Shown in pieces: positions 23,961-35,798 of a stretch of DNA of 64,000 nt. The position numbers and the translations under genes are program-made. The DNA is from Podarcis erhardii. Lineage: Eukaryota. A model generated the notes under the pieces. It saw nothing but the letters and a program-made list of their open reading frames with translations. It made no database searches and was not told where the DNA came from. The DNA is taken from assembly GCA_964252035.1 (NCBI GenBank), contig OZ176214.1; one strand, given 5' to 3'. Each line of letters starts with the position of its first letter. Within the stretch, counting starts at the first letter, position 1.

Positions 23961-26246
23961 TTTCCTTCTAACGTTTATTCTCTGTCATATCCAATTATTA
24001 GTTTCCCTGTCTTTTAATTGCTCGTTCCATTGCTTGTTGTGCTGTTCTTAAGCTGTTCATGTTTCTTTGTGTCATGGTTCAGCTTACACATTTGTAATCA
24101 ATTAAATGAAGACAACCCCTTACAACCCAAATATTTTCTCATTAAAAGAAGTTGCACTTGGAGCAGAGGTGAAAAACTGGACTTTGGCTAATATAAGGGA
24201 AGGGGCAAGTCAAGATTATATGGTTTTAAAAGGGGGGACAAAAAGAAAGGGGATTTCAGATAGCTGCCTGTTGGCTCAAGCCTCTTTCCACAAGACAGGA
24301 TTCAGTAGCAGTTGCTTTGATTCTTTCAGCAACTTGGACAGATGGTTCTTTGCCTTGAGTAGTAGATAACAAGCATATAACAGGGGACTCAGAAATGTTA
24401 GGAGGAGGCGAACTTGATTCAAACCGCAGAAGGACAATATGCCCCAAACTAATGGGCAATTAGAGCTTGTTGTCCAACACCCTCCAATAAAATGCAGTGG
24501 TAAAATACTCCATTAAATACACATGCCCTACAAGGTATTGCTTCTAATTGTGATGTTCCCAGAATGCTTTGTTGCCTATAGTTTCACATGTGCCTATGAG
24601 TTTAATCTTCAGAAGAATTTTAGTGCTTCTGCTGTGTTCAAACTGATTATATAATACTATACAATTAATTCTCTGCTATGCACATATATTGAGCCTATAC
24701 CTGTAGTATGTTTTGCAGTGTATATTCTATGTATGGATAAAAACTGGTGTAGATGAGTCTGAATCCCTTTGTGTTTGCATATTTTTGTTTGGGTGTGCTT
24801 ATTCCCACAAGCACTGCAGATATTGGGGAGATGAAAAAGATCATGAGCAGCATGAAGAACACTAGAAAGAATTGGTATTTGTAGGTATCTTGTTTTGTTT
24901 TGGTACTTCTACCAAAATAATGCCAAGGTATGTCTTTTCTCCCTTTCATATCTTCTTCTGCTCATCCTTGTGCTATACTCAGTTCCTGATGGACACACAC
25001 AAACTTAACTCTAGCACTTTCAATATAACTTTATACTGTAAACTTCGCTGTGAACCTTGGATGAAGGGAGTTATATAAATTTAATTAAGTAATTAATAAC
25101 TTTATCGTGTTCTTGATTGTTGTAATGCTCCCCAGGTTCCTACAAGGTCCGTGTCCCTTGGAAGTCATCAGGTCAGTTCCTTAGTTACTTCATTGAGCCC
25201 AGACTTCCCTTAAAATCCCATCTCTTGCCACCTACTGACTTGAAGAGAACAGCCTTTATAATCCCTTTATAATCTTACTCAAGTACATTTACACTAGACA
25301 CGTGGGATAAGCTATATTATCCGTAGAATCCATCCAGACCAGAATATAGACAGTTAAAAACATGAACACACATTTAAGGAGCGTAACACCCTGAACAAAT
25401 ACTCTTTTTATATAGAGATTTTTTAGGATTTTAATTTCCTGACCTAACAGCTATTCTCAGTCTTTTACATATGCTGTATTGCTCTCATCTCATTCTTCCT
25501 TTATCTCTCACCATTCTAATATTCACTAACATTTCCAACAGACACACTATCTGTCACTCACTCTTGACTCCATCCAACATTTTGTTCCACTTTTCTACTG
25601 TCAATCATTATTCCATGCACTCTTCTGTCATAATGATGTTGCTGTTTGTTGTACCCTTTTAGAATCTTGAAGTACTTTCTGGTTTGTTTTCTTTCTATGT
25701 TTTGGATCTTACCAAGTTTTGTCATTTTAGTTGATTAATGTATCCAGTATTCACTCTTAACTTTCTACAGATTCTACCAAAATGTTTGCTTCTTTGCAGC
25801 ATCGTGAATATAGAATTTTATTCTTTGATGGTTTTTTTGCTTCTGCTCTTTAAGTCTCTCTACTGCTATCAGTTGTTTGATATTTTCTACTCGTTCAGAT
25901 CAATTGACTCCCATGTGCCATTCTCTTCATTAGCTTTCTGTTTCTTCACTTGTTTTTCACCCTTTCAAATTTCTCCATGGCCATCTTCATCTATATCAGT
26001 AACATTTTCTGTTTCTAAATACTACTCCTCAGAATACACAGAGATACCAGTGCTAAACCTATTATTACCATCCCTCTTTTTTACCTTTGTCCCTTCCACT
26101 TTGCAACTCCCAGTTGTTGTTGTTTGTATACTGCCCTTCATCCAAAGATGAAAGGGTACTTCACAGCATAAAAATGCAAAATGAGAACACAAAATACATA
26201 ACAAAAGCAAAACAAAAACCAACCAATAGCCTTCCTCCCACAAACA

Positions 26247-26247
<1 letters not shown>

Positions 26248-26292
<45 letters not shown>
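26248..26292. repeat. (ATT)15 microsatellite
   Basis: Perfect ATT run. Confidence 0.95.
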
Positions 26293-26439
26293 TACAGTTA
26301 TGGGAACGTCAGATCATCTGCCATTCAACTCTTGTTCTCTTTTTGTTATATTCAGATTCTTCAAGAAACCACATTTGATCAGCCTGTTTCTAAGGTGTTT
26401 CGTAAATAAATAATGATAATATAAGAATGAAATCTAAGT

Positions 26440-27921
26440 ACATCAAAATAGCATTTGTTGCTTTTATTACACATTTGCATCATTACAAGGATAATCAGAT
26501 AATATATTAAAATCCCTACTTTGATTTATATACAAGACATGCTACATCACACTCCAAACGTTTGACACACATTGTATGTTAGGAAAGAAATAATGAGGTA
26601 ATAAGAGTTTTTAAATGTATGATTTTCACTGTTCCTATAACACAGCCTTATTCAACTGGTGCCCTTCAGATGTTCTGAGTCTAGCTCTCAGCTCCAGCTA
26701 GCATGGCCAATGGTTAGGAGTGATGGGAATTGTGGTCCAAAACATCTGGAGGGCACCAGGTTTGGGAAGGATGTTATAATGCAACATGTGATAAAATAAT
26801 CTATTCTGGAAACTTACCTCAGCAGAATACTTGAATTCAAGTTTCTGCCACGGACTTTATTTATAAATATAATTGCATAATCACCTTTCAATATGTATAC
26901 TTGGCAATAATAGTGAAATATGGCAAATACAGTTTTAAGTTTCACATATTCTCTCTCAAAAGTCACAATCTCATGTCCAAGGGCATTTAAATAAGTTCTA
27001 TATCTATATCCATCATTTGCCTGCAAAATTGGATAGTTCTTTTTGCTGTTGCAATGACTACAGAGCAGGTAATGACTCTAATGGTACAAAATAACTTGAA
27101 ACCAATAAGCTATCATTTAGGTGCAAAGGTATTAGTGTTGGTTACAAAAGTATACAGTGAACATGTAACATCTAAGATGCTTCTAAAATGACCAGATGTT
27201 TAACCGAAAAATGCTGAAACTGTTTTGTTTATGAGAAATATAGCTGTGTGGTCAGTTATGGATAATGCCTAGTGCATTAATAGTGAATATAACAACCTGG
27301 ACTGTTTGTCAGATCTGTTTGTCCTGTACAAAATGATTCAGGACTGTTTGTCCTGTACAAAATGATTCATTGTTAAGTTCTAAGAGTGCTTTGAGACCCA
27401 AGAAAAATAGGGGATTCTATTAGTGCTGGGCACAGTGTGGACACTTCAAAGCAGACACTACGCTCTCTCAATATCTAAAGAAGTTTAAATTAGGAACTTT
27501 CTAATATACCTGTACTGGCTACATAGTTTCAAAGGATATTATTTCCTGTGTCAAATGAATTTATTATTTTTAAAAGTCTTGCTGTACAGTTTTTTAATAT
27601 GTCCAGTATTTGAGAATATATAAAACATACAAAAATATTCAGATGATGTGGCAGTATTTTTAGCATCTCAGCTTATCTACAGTCCGTTTTACCTGATAAC
27701 TCTTTTTAAAAAAACCTCTTAAGAAAAAAGGAAAAAAACATTTTGTGGTGACATTCTTAAAATCTTGTTATTTTGGTTCTGGAACAATTCTTGGAAAATA
27801 CAATATACAAGTCCTCTGATTAATAGCGGTCAATGTACAATATATTACATTCTTTGCTGGTGCAAAGATGTGTTCTGGATAGCACACACAACTGTTATAT
27901 AAAAGGCTTGAGAAGTTCCTT
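26440..27921 (-). other. ANGPTL2: ANGPTL2 3' UTR (extent inferred) with three candidate AATAAA signals
   Basis: AU-rich sequence after the TAA. Minus-strand AATAAA at 27560-27565, 26856-26861 and 26463-26468. The true 3' end cannot be fixed without transcript data. Confidence 0.55.
26643..26773. mobile_element. hAT-type hairpin MITE (family of 1336-1459) between the ANGPTL2 polyA signals
   Basis: Inverted repeat ctggtgcccttcagatgtt / aacatctggagggcaccag; gatgggaattgtggtcc motif. Confidence 0.7.
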
Positions 27922-28121
27922 TTAGTGGAATGTGTTGGGATTAGGTCTGATCATCATGATAACCTTCTTCAGTGAGTATGAGCCTCCACGGAACTCAGCC
28001 CAATAGACACCATCTTGGTATCGACTTCGGTAGTGTCCTCCTCTGTACCAAACACCATTGAGATTCGAGTGTGCACATGCATTGTACCACCATCCCCCTT
28101 TCTGGTAATGAGCACAGTTAC
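27922..28121 (-). CDS. ANGPTL2: ANGPTL2 last coding exon, to TAA stop (not in the ORF track)
   Basis: ctattacag| then (G)[65 protein letters not shown]; 200 nt. Spliced CDS is 799+194+271+200 = 1464 nt = 487 aa plus stop, in frame throughout. Confidence 0.97.
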
Positions 28122-29007
28122 CTGTAATAGAAAGGAGAATATCACTCTATGAATAAATGGATGAGTTAAACTTTGTGCTTTTCCATTTGCAAGGTTCTTG
28201 ATGCTTCTGTCTCTCGTCAGAACAAAACCTCAGGACATGCAGAGAACTTGGCAGAGGAGGCAAGACTGGTGGCAACTACAAATATGGTTCACTACAAAGC
28301 CAAGTCAAAAACTGGGGCTCCTTGGTGTGTGGCTTGTATTTCCTGGTTGGGCTTTTCTGCCCTTGGCAGTTTTAAGTGCATCAGCTCCACCAGTTGCTTG
28401 TTGGTATGTTGCAACCTGATTGGCTACTGGAACTCCTTAGCAAGCTTCTAGGAAGCCTAAATTAGGAGTGGACAGAAGGTAAATCTTGATCTGCTTATAG
28501 ATCTCTGGGTAATTGACAAAGCTTTCTTACTCCCAGTTGTTTAACAATAGAGAAGTGAAATGACTCCCCCACCCCAGTTATACTGCTGAAATGAAGAAAG
28601 CTTGGGACAACCAAGCTTTGGGATTCTTGTGTGGAAGGACTGTGAGTGCCACCCAGTTTCAGTGACGCAGAACAAATTCCTGGGCTCACAGTTCTTTAAT
28701 TCTAAGTGTATGTGTTTTCTCACTAGGATTTGCTTGGTGGGCCCCAGGGTTTCCAATAAAAACAAAATAGATCCTGCAAGCCCATCTGCCCATCTCTGGC
28801 TTGAGCCTCTTAGGCATTATAATATCTGGATAGGTCTCCAGGCTGTTACATCTCCTGCCATGCCTGCTCTACCCGCAGTTCCTTTTGGCTGTTTTGTCTC
28901 ACCCACTTTCCTGCCTATTTTGCTACTTCTAGAAATATAGAAGCATGTCAGATGGACTGCTTGCAGTATGCCTGGGAACTCCAGACAAGGATTTGGTTAA
29001 GAACTTA

Positions 29008-29340
29008 TACAGTGGTGCCTCGCAAGACGAAATTAATCCGTTCCGTTAGGCTCTTCGTATAGCGGTTTTTTCGTCTTGCGAAGCAAGCCCATTGACAGCT
29101 TAGCAGATTAGCGCTATTAGCGGTTTAGCGGCTTTTAGCGATCAGCTGTTAAGCGGCTTAGCGGCTTAGGAAAAGGGGGAAAAAAAGGGGGGAAACCCGC
29201 AGGAACTTGCAAGACGTTTTCGTCTTGCGAAGCAAGCCCATAGGGAAATTCGTTTCGCGAAGCGCCTCCAAAACGGAAAACCCTTTCGTCTAGCGGGTTT
29301 TCCGTCTTGCGAGGCGTTCGTCTTGCGGGGCACCACTGTA
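29008..29340. mobile_element. pogo/Tigger-like MITE in the last ANGPTL2 intron
   Basis: TA TSDs; 22-bp TIR CAGTGGTGCC(T/C)CGCAAGACGAA with 1 mismatch; internal ttagcgg and tcgtcttgcga repeats; CpG-rich. Confidence 0.88.
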
Positions 29341-29485
29341 TCTGTAGTTGTACATTTGGTTGTACATCCTGACATCCAGAATAATATATTTTTTCAATTT
29401 ATTTAATATATAAAAATAAAATATTTTCATATACATTTTTATGTGCCTTCACATAGAGTTCATAGCTTATTTTAATTTTTCGTAC

Positions 29486-29756
29486 CTGTGTATACATCAT
29501 GGTCTCTGTCCAGTGTAGTGAATTGCTTCCCATTGTGCCATGTGAAAGAGTCTCCAGCATTGCCATTGTATCGGCCCAGTCGCAACTTGTAGTATTCACT
29601 TTCTGGCTCAAGTCGGAAACTGGCATATTCAGCAAACACTTTCCGGCCTGACCAGTCTTCCATGGTTATTAACAATTTGTAGTTGCCTTGATTTGTCAGC
29701 CAATAAATATTTTCTAAGCCCAACCAGTACTCTCCATCGATATTACCGAATCCTTG
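29486..29756 (-). CDS. ANGPTL2: ANGPTL2 third coding exon (fibrinogen-like domain)
   Basis: ttctacag| ... G|gtacga; 271 nt; QGFGNIDGEYWLGLENIYWLTNQGNYKLLITMEDWSGRKVFAEYASFRLEPESEYYKLRLGRYNGNAGDSFTWHNGKQFTTLDRDHDVYT; phase 0 to 1. Confidence 0.97.
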
Positions 29757-31121
29757 CTGTAGAAGAAAGAAAATAAAAAAGAAAATATGAATTAGCACTT
29801 GGCATTGATCTTTTGTAACACTCATACGGTGTACTTAGCTGCAGTGAGATTGTGATGTTTCTGGGCTGACAATCTGAAAATCACCATCTGGCTCTGAACT
29901 GTGGGTCGTTTTCCAAACTAAGTAGATCGCTGGCTTCCTGTGGATGTGTGCCTACCTCTTTGAATTCATGCCCTGCTGCTTCTTTCTATGTCAGTTACAA
30001 AATAGTCAAGGAAGATTCCTCCCTCTTTTGGTCCTTGAAAATCTAAGCACACTTCACACTTCATCTTTATATCATGGGAGTCTTATTTCCGATGGCTTAT
30101 TCCCAGGTTGCCTGGTGGTGTGTATATCTTGGAACCCAATGTGTAGGGCCAATACTGTTGTTCTTTTCCTCCCAAACATTGTCCTGCCAAGAAAGGGGGA
30201 TAAAGTTTGGGAGGCAAGGAACCATGTCATTTGCACCAAAGACAGGGCTCCAAGATGCTCACTCACACACTGACATTGATTATTCTCTACTGGAGTGACA
30301 TCAGAAAACGTCTCAGGGAACCAGCCATTAGAATAAGGTGTGAATTGCACCTCTGAGCTTATCCTTATATTAAACTATGTGTTTGAGCCCTCAAGGGTCT
30401 TGGGCCTCAAACCAAGTTCTGCAATGGATGGCTTGCCCTTGCACTTTTTCTGGAAAGCTATTCTCAGGCACAAAGGACATTTTTGCTGCTCCCTGCAGTC
30501 CAACCCAAATAGAATTATAGGATTGGAACTTCTTATCTTTTCCTTTTCCATATAAATTAGCCTTTCTATAAATACTTAGTGCACATGCAAAAAGTAGTAA
30601 GCAGCTTACTACGACAGATCTTTCATGGTCTTGATTGCGAGCCTTTAAGTTATGCTACCAGACTCATTCACCTTCATTTCAACTCCATTCTTCACTTTGA
30701 CTTTAATCAACTCATCTGCAGTCCCTATCTGCAGACCTCCTCTTTTGACTTAAATACTGCCAGTACTTCAAATTGTGTGCTTTCTTGTTTCCTTGTACAT
30801 TCTAATCCTTTTTAAAAACCAAATCTTTCTTTCTGGTGGTTGTCCCTGCCTTATTATTCATTGATAACACTCCAGATACCAAATTCCTAGGAGAATATTG
30901 TCGAAGTCCAGCCAAAACTATATGATTAAGAGGCCCAGGGAGAAATGGTCCATGTTTTACTGCCTTTGATAGCAACATTTTAAATAGTTCAGGTACTCCT
31001 CCTTCTGTCATGGATGTAATCAAGTGCCCTAACTACTTCAGGTAAATTATTTTTGGAAAGACTGAAACATGAATTCAAATAATGTTTCTTAGAATAAAAA
31101 CTCACAGTTGTTTGTCCTAAC

Positions 31122-31315
31122 CTTGTAAGTCTCCCAGTTCCTGAAAAAGTTGACAGATCCATCCAAACGTCTCTGAATGACTGTCCAGCCACCAGGATCT
31201 TGCCGTTGATCACACCAGACCTGCATCAATCGATTTGTATTTTCAGGTTTCACAAGATATATGGAACTGGTGTCATGACCATCTTCTAAAGCTTGCAGGC
31301 AGTCTCTCCAAGGAC
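31122..31315 (-). CDS. ANGPTL2: ANGPTL2 second coding exon (start of fibrinogen-like domain)
   Basis: ttttttcaacaag| ... AAG|gttagg; 194 nt; (G)PWRDCLQALEDGHDTSSIYLVKPENTNRLMQVWCDQRQDPGGWTVIQRRLDGSVNFFRNWETYK; phase 1 to 0. Confidence 0.97.
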
Positions 31316-33733
31316 CTTGTTGAAAAAAGAAACAAGTCCATAACAAACACAGTTGCACATATTTCCAATTTGTTTTCACTTCCAGATTAGAATTGAATTT
31401 TTCTTTCTTTGTGCTGTTTCATACACAGTCATACACAGAGGTAATTAGTTCATCAGACTGAGCATCCATATTTCTATGCACTGTGGACTGAAAAACAATT
31501 GTTCTAGAAAACTGTACTTCATAAAATAATTAAAGTTCCATTGAAAATTAGTTTAGATTACATAGGTGTGGAAGAAGATTCAGTATCCTATAGTGAGCCA
31601 GATTGGAGCAATATGACATTCTGTTGCTGAGAGTCCTTTATTTGTTTATATGTTGACAGTCTATAATGTGCTTTTCAGACTATTAAGTATGCCTGTCTGT
31701 GCAACCACAGAATAAAATGCATGACATATTGAGTAAAATCATGCTAGTCTTTTGATCTGTCAGCTTTGGATATATTTAATTAGCCTTGGTTTCTGTGGTC
31801 TTCTAAGGCATTTTGTTCATTAAAATGCTGTAGTCAGCAATTGACTGATTATAAAATGTGAAACAGCACAATCCATTCTGCATGGGAGGATGGGGAAGTT
31901 CTTATTACTGAAAGCAGTTGTATCAATATGAGATGTTGCCTCTTCATTGCTAAACAGCTTCTTGAATGGGGAGAATTGGCTCTGAGAACAGGGGTTGTGT
32001 GGTTGAATCCCACTCAATCCTGAATATCCTTTCAATAGTAAAAGTTTCTCTCTCATTGTAGTCCTTTCTGCAGGAATTGTCAAGCATCTTCACCACCAGA
32101 AGGATGAATTTTCAGGGGCTCAACAGATTGTCCTCTTATGTTAACTTAAGCAACATCATTTCTCATCCTCTGTGTGCATAGAGCTATAATCTGTATGAGC
32201 CTTCTCCTGCTGAGAGGTACTCCCTGGCAGAATTAGGGAAGTGCACACCAACAATCCTTTTAGAAGTTTGGGTTGGGATGCAGGAGGTATTTTTCAAACT
32301 TCGATATTTTTCTGCAAATGTTTGGGTTCTATTATCTGAAGAGATACTTTCTCAACCTCCCTACCCTCACCACCCCAACCCATTTAGGTTACCAAGATGC
32401 CTAAACACAGACAACCCAGTTTAGAAGTATGAAGATAAATTAGATGCTCTGCTATTTATTGGCCATCCCAAGTGAGGCTTTAAAAAAAAAATCTAGTTTG
32501 CCTGTTTGGCATCCTTTTTGTGTGTTTGCTTGTTTCTCTTCTGAACTTTGAGCAGGAATTGTTTGGACACAATTTTCATTTTTATGTTCAAACTCCAGCT
32601 CCTGTTTTCAAGAGGGCCGGGAAAGGTGCAAAATGCACTGTAATGCAACACGTCTCTTGAGTGCTCATCTGGGAAGCCTTTATTCTATTTAAGGCCACTT
32701 TGCATGTTGCAAGCTTCCTACTTTGGGACATCTGTGCAAGAAACTACTTGTCTGCCAGACTGAACAGATGGCAGTTGGAACTTGATTAAAATAGTTTTTG
32801 TTTTGTTTTTACATCTAGTTAATATATATTTATTTAAAATGAGTAGCATGAAAACTTCTCATTGTTATGAATTGCTTACTGTTTCATTTTCTTAGGGCAA
32901 TAATGGAGGCATTAAGATGCAATAGCACCAACCAACAGATAAACAGTGCATATGTCTTCCACACACACACACACACCCGCTCTTGAAACCTCCACAGAGA
33001 CTGTTAAAGTTGTCTTTGGCTTCCTATGCTGTGAAAGGATTTTACAGCTGAACTGCTTGCCAGAAATAACATTGGCATGGGAATTGATAATGGTGTCAGC
33101 TATGTTGCAAGAGAGTCATAGACATTTGTATTTTCAGAAGAGAAACTAGATTTAACCTTGGGCATTTTGTGCAGGATCTGATGACTTTTATTTAGCATCC
33201 TGAGAATCTCAGCGGGTTTTATGTGCAGAGATACAGGCACCCAAGCTGTTTTCAGACTAATCCCACAGCACAAGGCAAGTCAGAGCCCCCACCTGTGATA
33301 TGACAATGGCAAACCTTCGCTGCAGTGCAAACTATGTTGTAGTCTATTGCCTATCATGGCCCTGCAGTGAGAGAGAGGCCAAAAGGCCCAGCATATCGGA
33401 AATTTAAACTTGCCCTGGGTGTTGTGCTAAGGGCCACAATTGGTCAGTTGGTCCTGTGCCCAGGGGAACAACCGCTAATTCCTGCTGCCATCGGCCAATT
33501 TGGTGGCAGGAGAACGATCTGGCCTGCAATAGGGCAGTTCACAAGGAGGCCTGGGGCCCTCCTGCAAAACCAACCACCTGAGAAAGGGTGAACAAACTTT
33601 CCAAACTACTGCATACCTCTGTTGGGAATCTGTTCACCACTTTTGCACTACTTGAATTTGCTGGTGTTCTAGTGGACCTTGATTTTGGAAGAGGCTCTCT
33701 TAAGTTAATCTGCACTGGTGCAGTATACAGTAA

Positions 33734-34108
33734 GGGATGCGGGTGGTGCTGTGGTCTAAACCACTGAGCCTCTTGGCCTTGCCAACAGAAGGTCGACAGT
33801 TCTAATCTGCAAGATGGGGTGAGCTTCTGTTGCTCTGTCCCAGCTTCTGCCAACTTAGCAGTTCAAAAGCATACCAGCACGAGTAGATAAATAGGTACCG
33901 CTGTGGCAGGAAGGTAAGTGGCATTTCCGTGCGCTCTGGCACTCGTCATGGTCCTCTGTACACCAGTAGTGGTTTAGTAATGCTGACCACATGACCCAGA
34001 AAGCTATCTGGACAAACACCGACTCCCTCACCCTGAAAAGTGAGATGAATGCTGCACCCCATAGTCATCTTTGACTGGACTTAACTGTCCAGGGGGTCCT
34101 TTACCTTT
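33734..34108 (+). mobile_element. Sauria SINE (older, more diverged copy)
   Basis: gggatgcgggtggtgctgtggtctaaacc ... agataaataggtaccgc ... gggggtcctttaccttta; many CpG-to-TpG changes. Confidence 0.88.
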
Positions 34109-34431
34109 ATATTAGTATCCACTATAATGTGCTTATAGTAAAGTAATACTGTGAATTTGGTATTTCAAGGCACCTAGAGATATATTTCTTCTCAGCTGTA
34201 GGACTGCTGTGTTCAGCAGAATAATGAAGAAGTCATTTTATTTTATTTTTTAAAAAACTTATCTCCATGTTTGGGATAAATGTTTAAATATGTGCAACGG
34301 TATGCAGAAAATGATCCATGTAGGCTTTTATCAGACATATTATAATTATATATTTCTTGGCAGCAAAAAATAGATGTCTCTATGGGTGGTTATTAAGATG
34401 CATTCTTATATCCACATGCCAGTCAAAATTT

Positions 34432-34735
34432 ATAGAATCATAGAATCTTAGAGTTGGATGGTACCCCAGGGGTCATCTAGTCCAATCCCCTGCAATGTAG
34501 GAATGTCAGCTAAAGTATCGATGACAGATGGCCACCCAACCTCTGCTTAAAAACCTCCAAGGAAGGAGACACCTAAACCTCCTGAGGGAGAATGTTCCAC
34601 TGTCAAACTGCTCTTGCAGTCAGAAAGTTTTTCCTGGTGTTTAGTTGTAATCTTCTTTCTTGTAATTTGAAGCCATTGGCTTGAGTCCTATCCTCCAGAA
34701 CAGGAGATAACAAGCTTATTACATCTTCCATGTGA
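34432..34735 (-). mobile_element. CR1 LINE 3' fragment
   Basis: (ATTCTATG)n-type tail (plus strand atagaatcatagaatc), ggactagatgacc motif, and upstream CR1 ORF2-end sequence. Confidence 0.8.
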
Positions 34736-35009
34736 TTCCTTGCTTGTTCTTTTTAAAAAGCCACTTGAACCAGCTTTGAGTTACTACATTTTTATAATTT
34801 GAAGTTTTAGCAAGTATTTATCTCTATCATCATCACCCCCAAATCCTACGGATGTTGTGTTCTTAGAGTCCAAATGAACAGGAAAAATCCCCCCTTGTTT
34901 GTTGTTGAAATTAGAATCAGTATTTTACCAGGCTTTCATCAACGGCAAAGCAGGACATAGATTGCAGTCCTGCTGCCAGTCAAAGGATGTTTGACGTTTC
35001 ACGAAACAG

Positions 35010-35225
35010 TACAGTGGATGCTCGGGTTGCGAACATGATCCATGCAGGATGCATGTTCGCAACCCCCAGCGGCGCGTCTGCGCACGCGCGGGTTGCGATT
35101 TGGTCTTCTGCACATGCGCGACCGCCGAAACCCAGAAGTAACCCGTTCTGGTACTTCCAGGTTTGGGCAGTCCGCAACCCAAAAAAACGCAACCTGAAGC
35201 GTCTGTAACTCGAGGTATGACTGTA
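35010..35225. mobile_element. pogo/Tigger-like MITE
   Basis: TA-CAGTGG...TGACTG-TA; same family as 58551-58808 in the opposite orientation. Confidence 0.8.
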
Positions 35226-35424
35226 TAAATGCTGCTGTGCCAAGAGGGGGGGGGGTGGCATTCAGGGGGCATGCTGTAGGCAATCATGGATTTGCGGGGT
35301 CTGAAGCCTTTCGTTCTTCAGACATGGCCCCAAAGCATGTCAGCCCTTTGACTGGCATTGCCATTCCTCTCCCATTGAAGTCAGTGTGAGGAAACATAAA
35401 AAATTCTACCCCTCTACCTTGATG

Positions 35425-35798
35425 CTGTGGGTAAAACCTCAGCGCCTAGGACTTGCCGATCACATGGCCGGCGGTTCGAATCCCCGCGGCGGGGTGAGCT
35501 CCCGTCATTCGGTCCTAGCAGTTCGAAAGCACCCTTAAGTGCAAGTAGATAAATAGGTACCGCTTTATAGTGGGAAGGTAAACGGCGCTTCCGTGTGCTG
35601 CTCTGGTGCCGGTTTGCCGGAGCAGCGTTGTCACGCTGGCCACATGACCTGGAAGTGTCTGCGGACAGCGCTGGCTCCCGGCCTCTAGAGTGAGATGAGC
35701 GCACAACCCTAGAGTCTGTCAAGACTGGTCCGTACGGGCAGGGGTACCTTTACCTTTACCTTTACCTTTACCTTTACCTTTACCTTTACCTTTACCTT
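35425..35798 (+). mobile_element. Sauria SINE, slightly 5'-truncated and young, with (ACCTTT)n tail
   Basis: CpG-rich. About 9 hexamer units at 35746-35798. 10-bp direct repeat taccttgatg at 35415-35424 and 35793-35802. Confidence 0.9.

Noticed and set aside
25380-26151. Hydrophobic 137-aa ORF (25738-26151) as a membrane protein
   Set aside because: The pyrimidine-rich strand of what looks like a decayed antisense LINE fragment yields Phe/Leu/Ser by composition. No splice or domain support, and the family could not be assigned.
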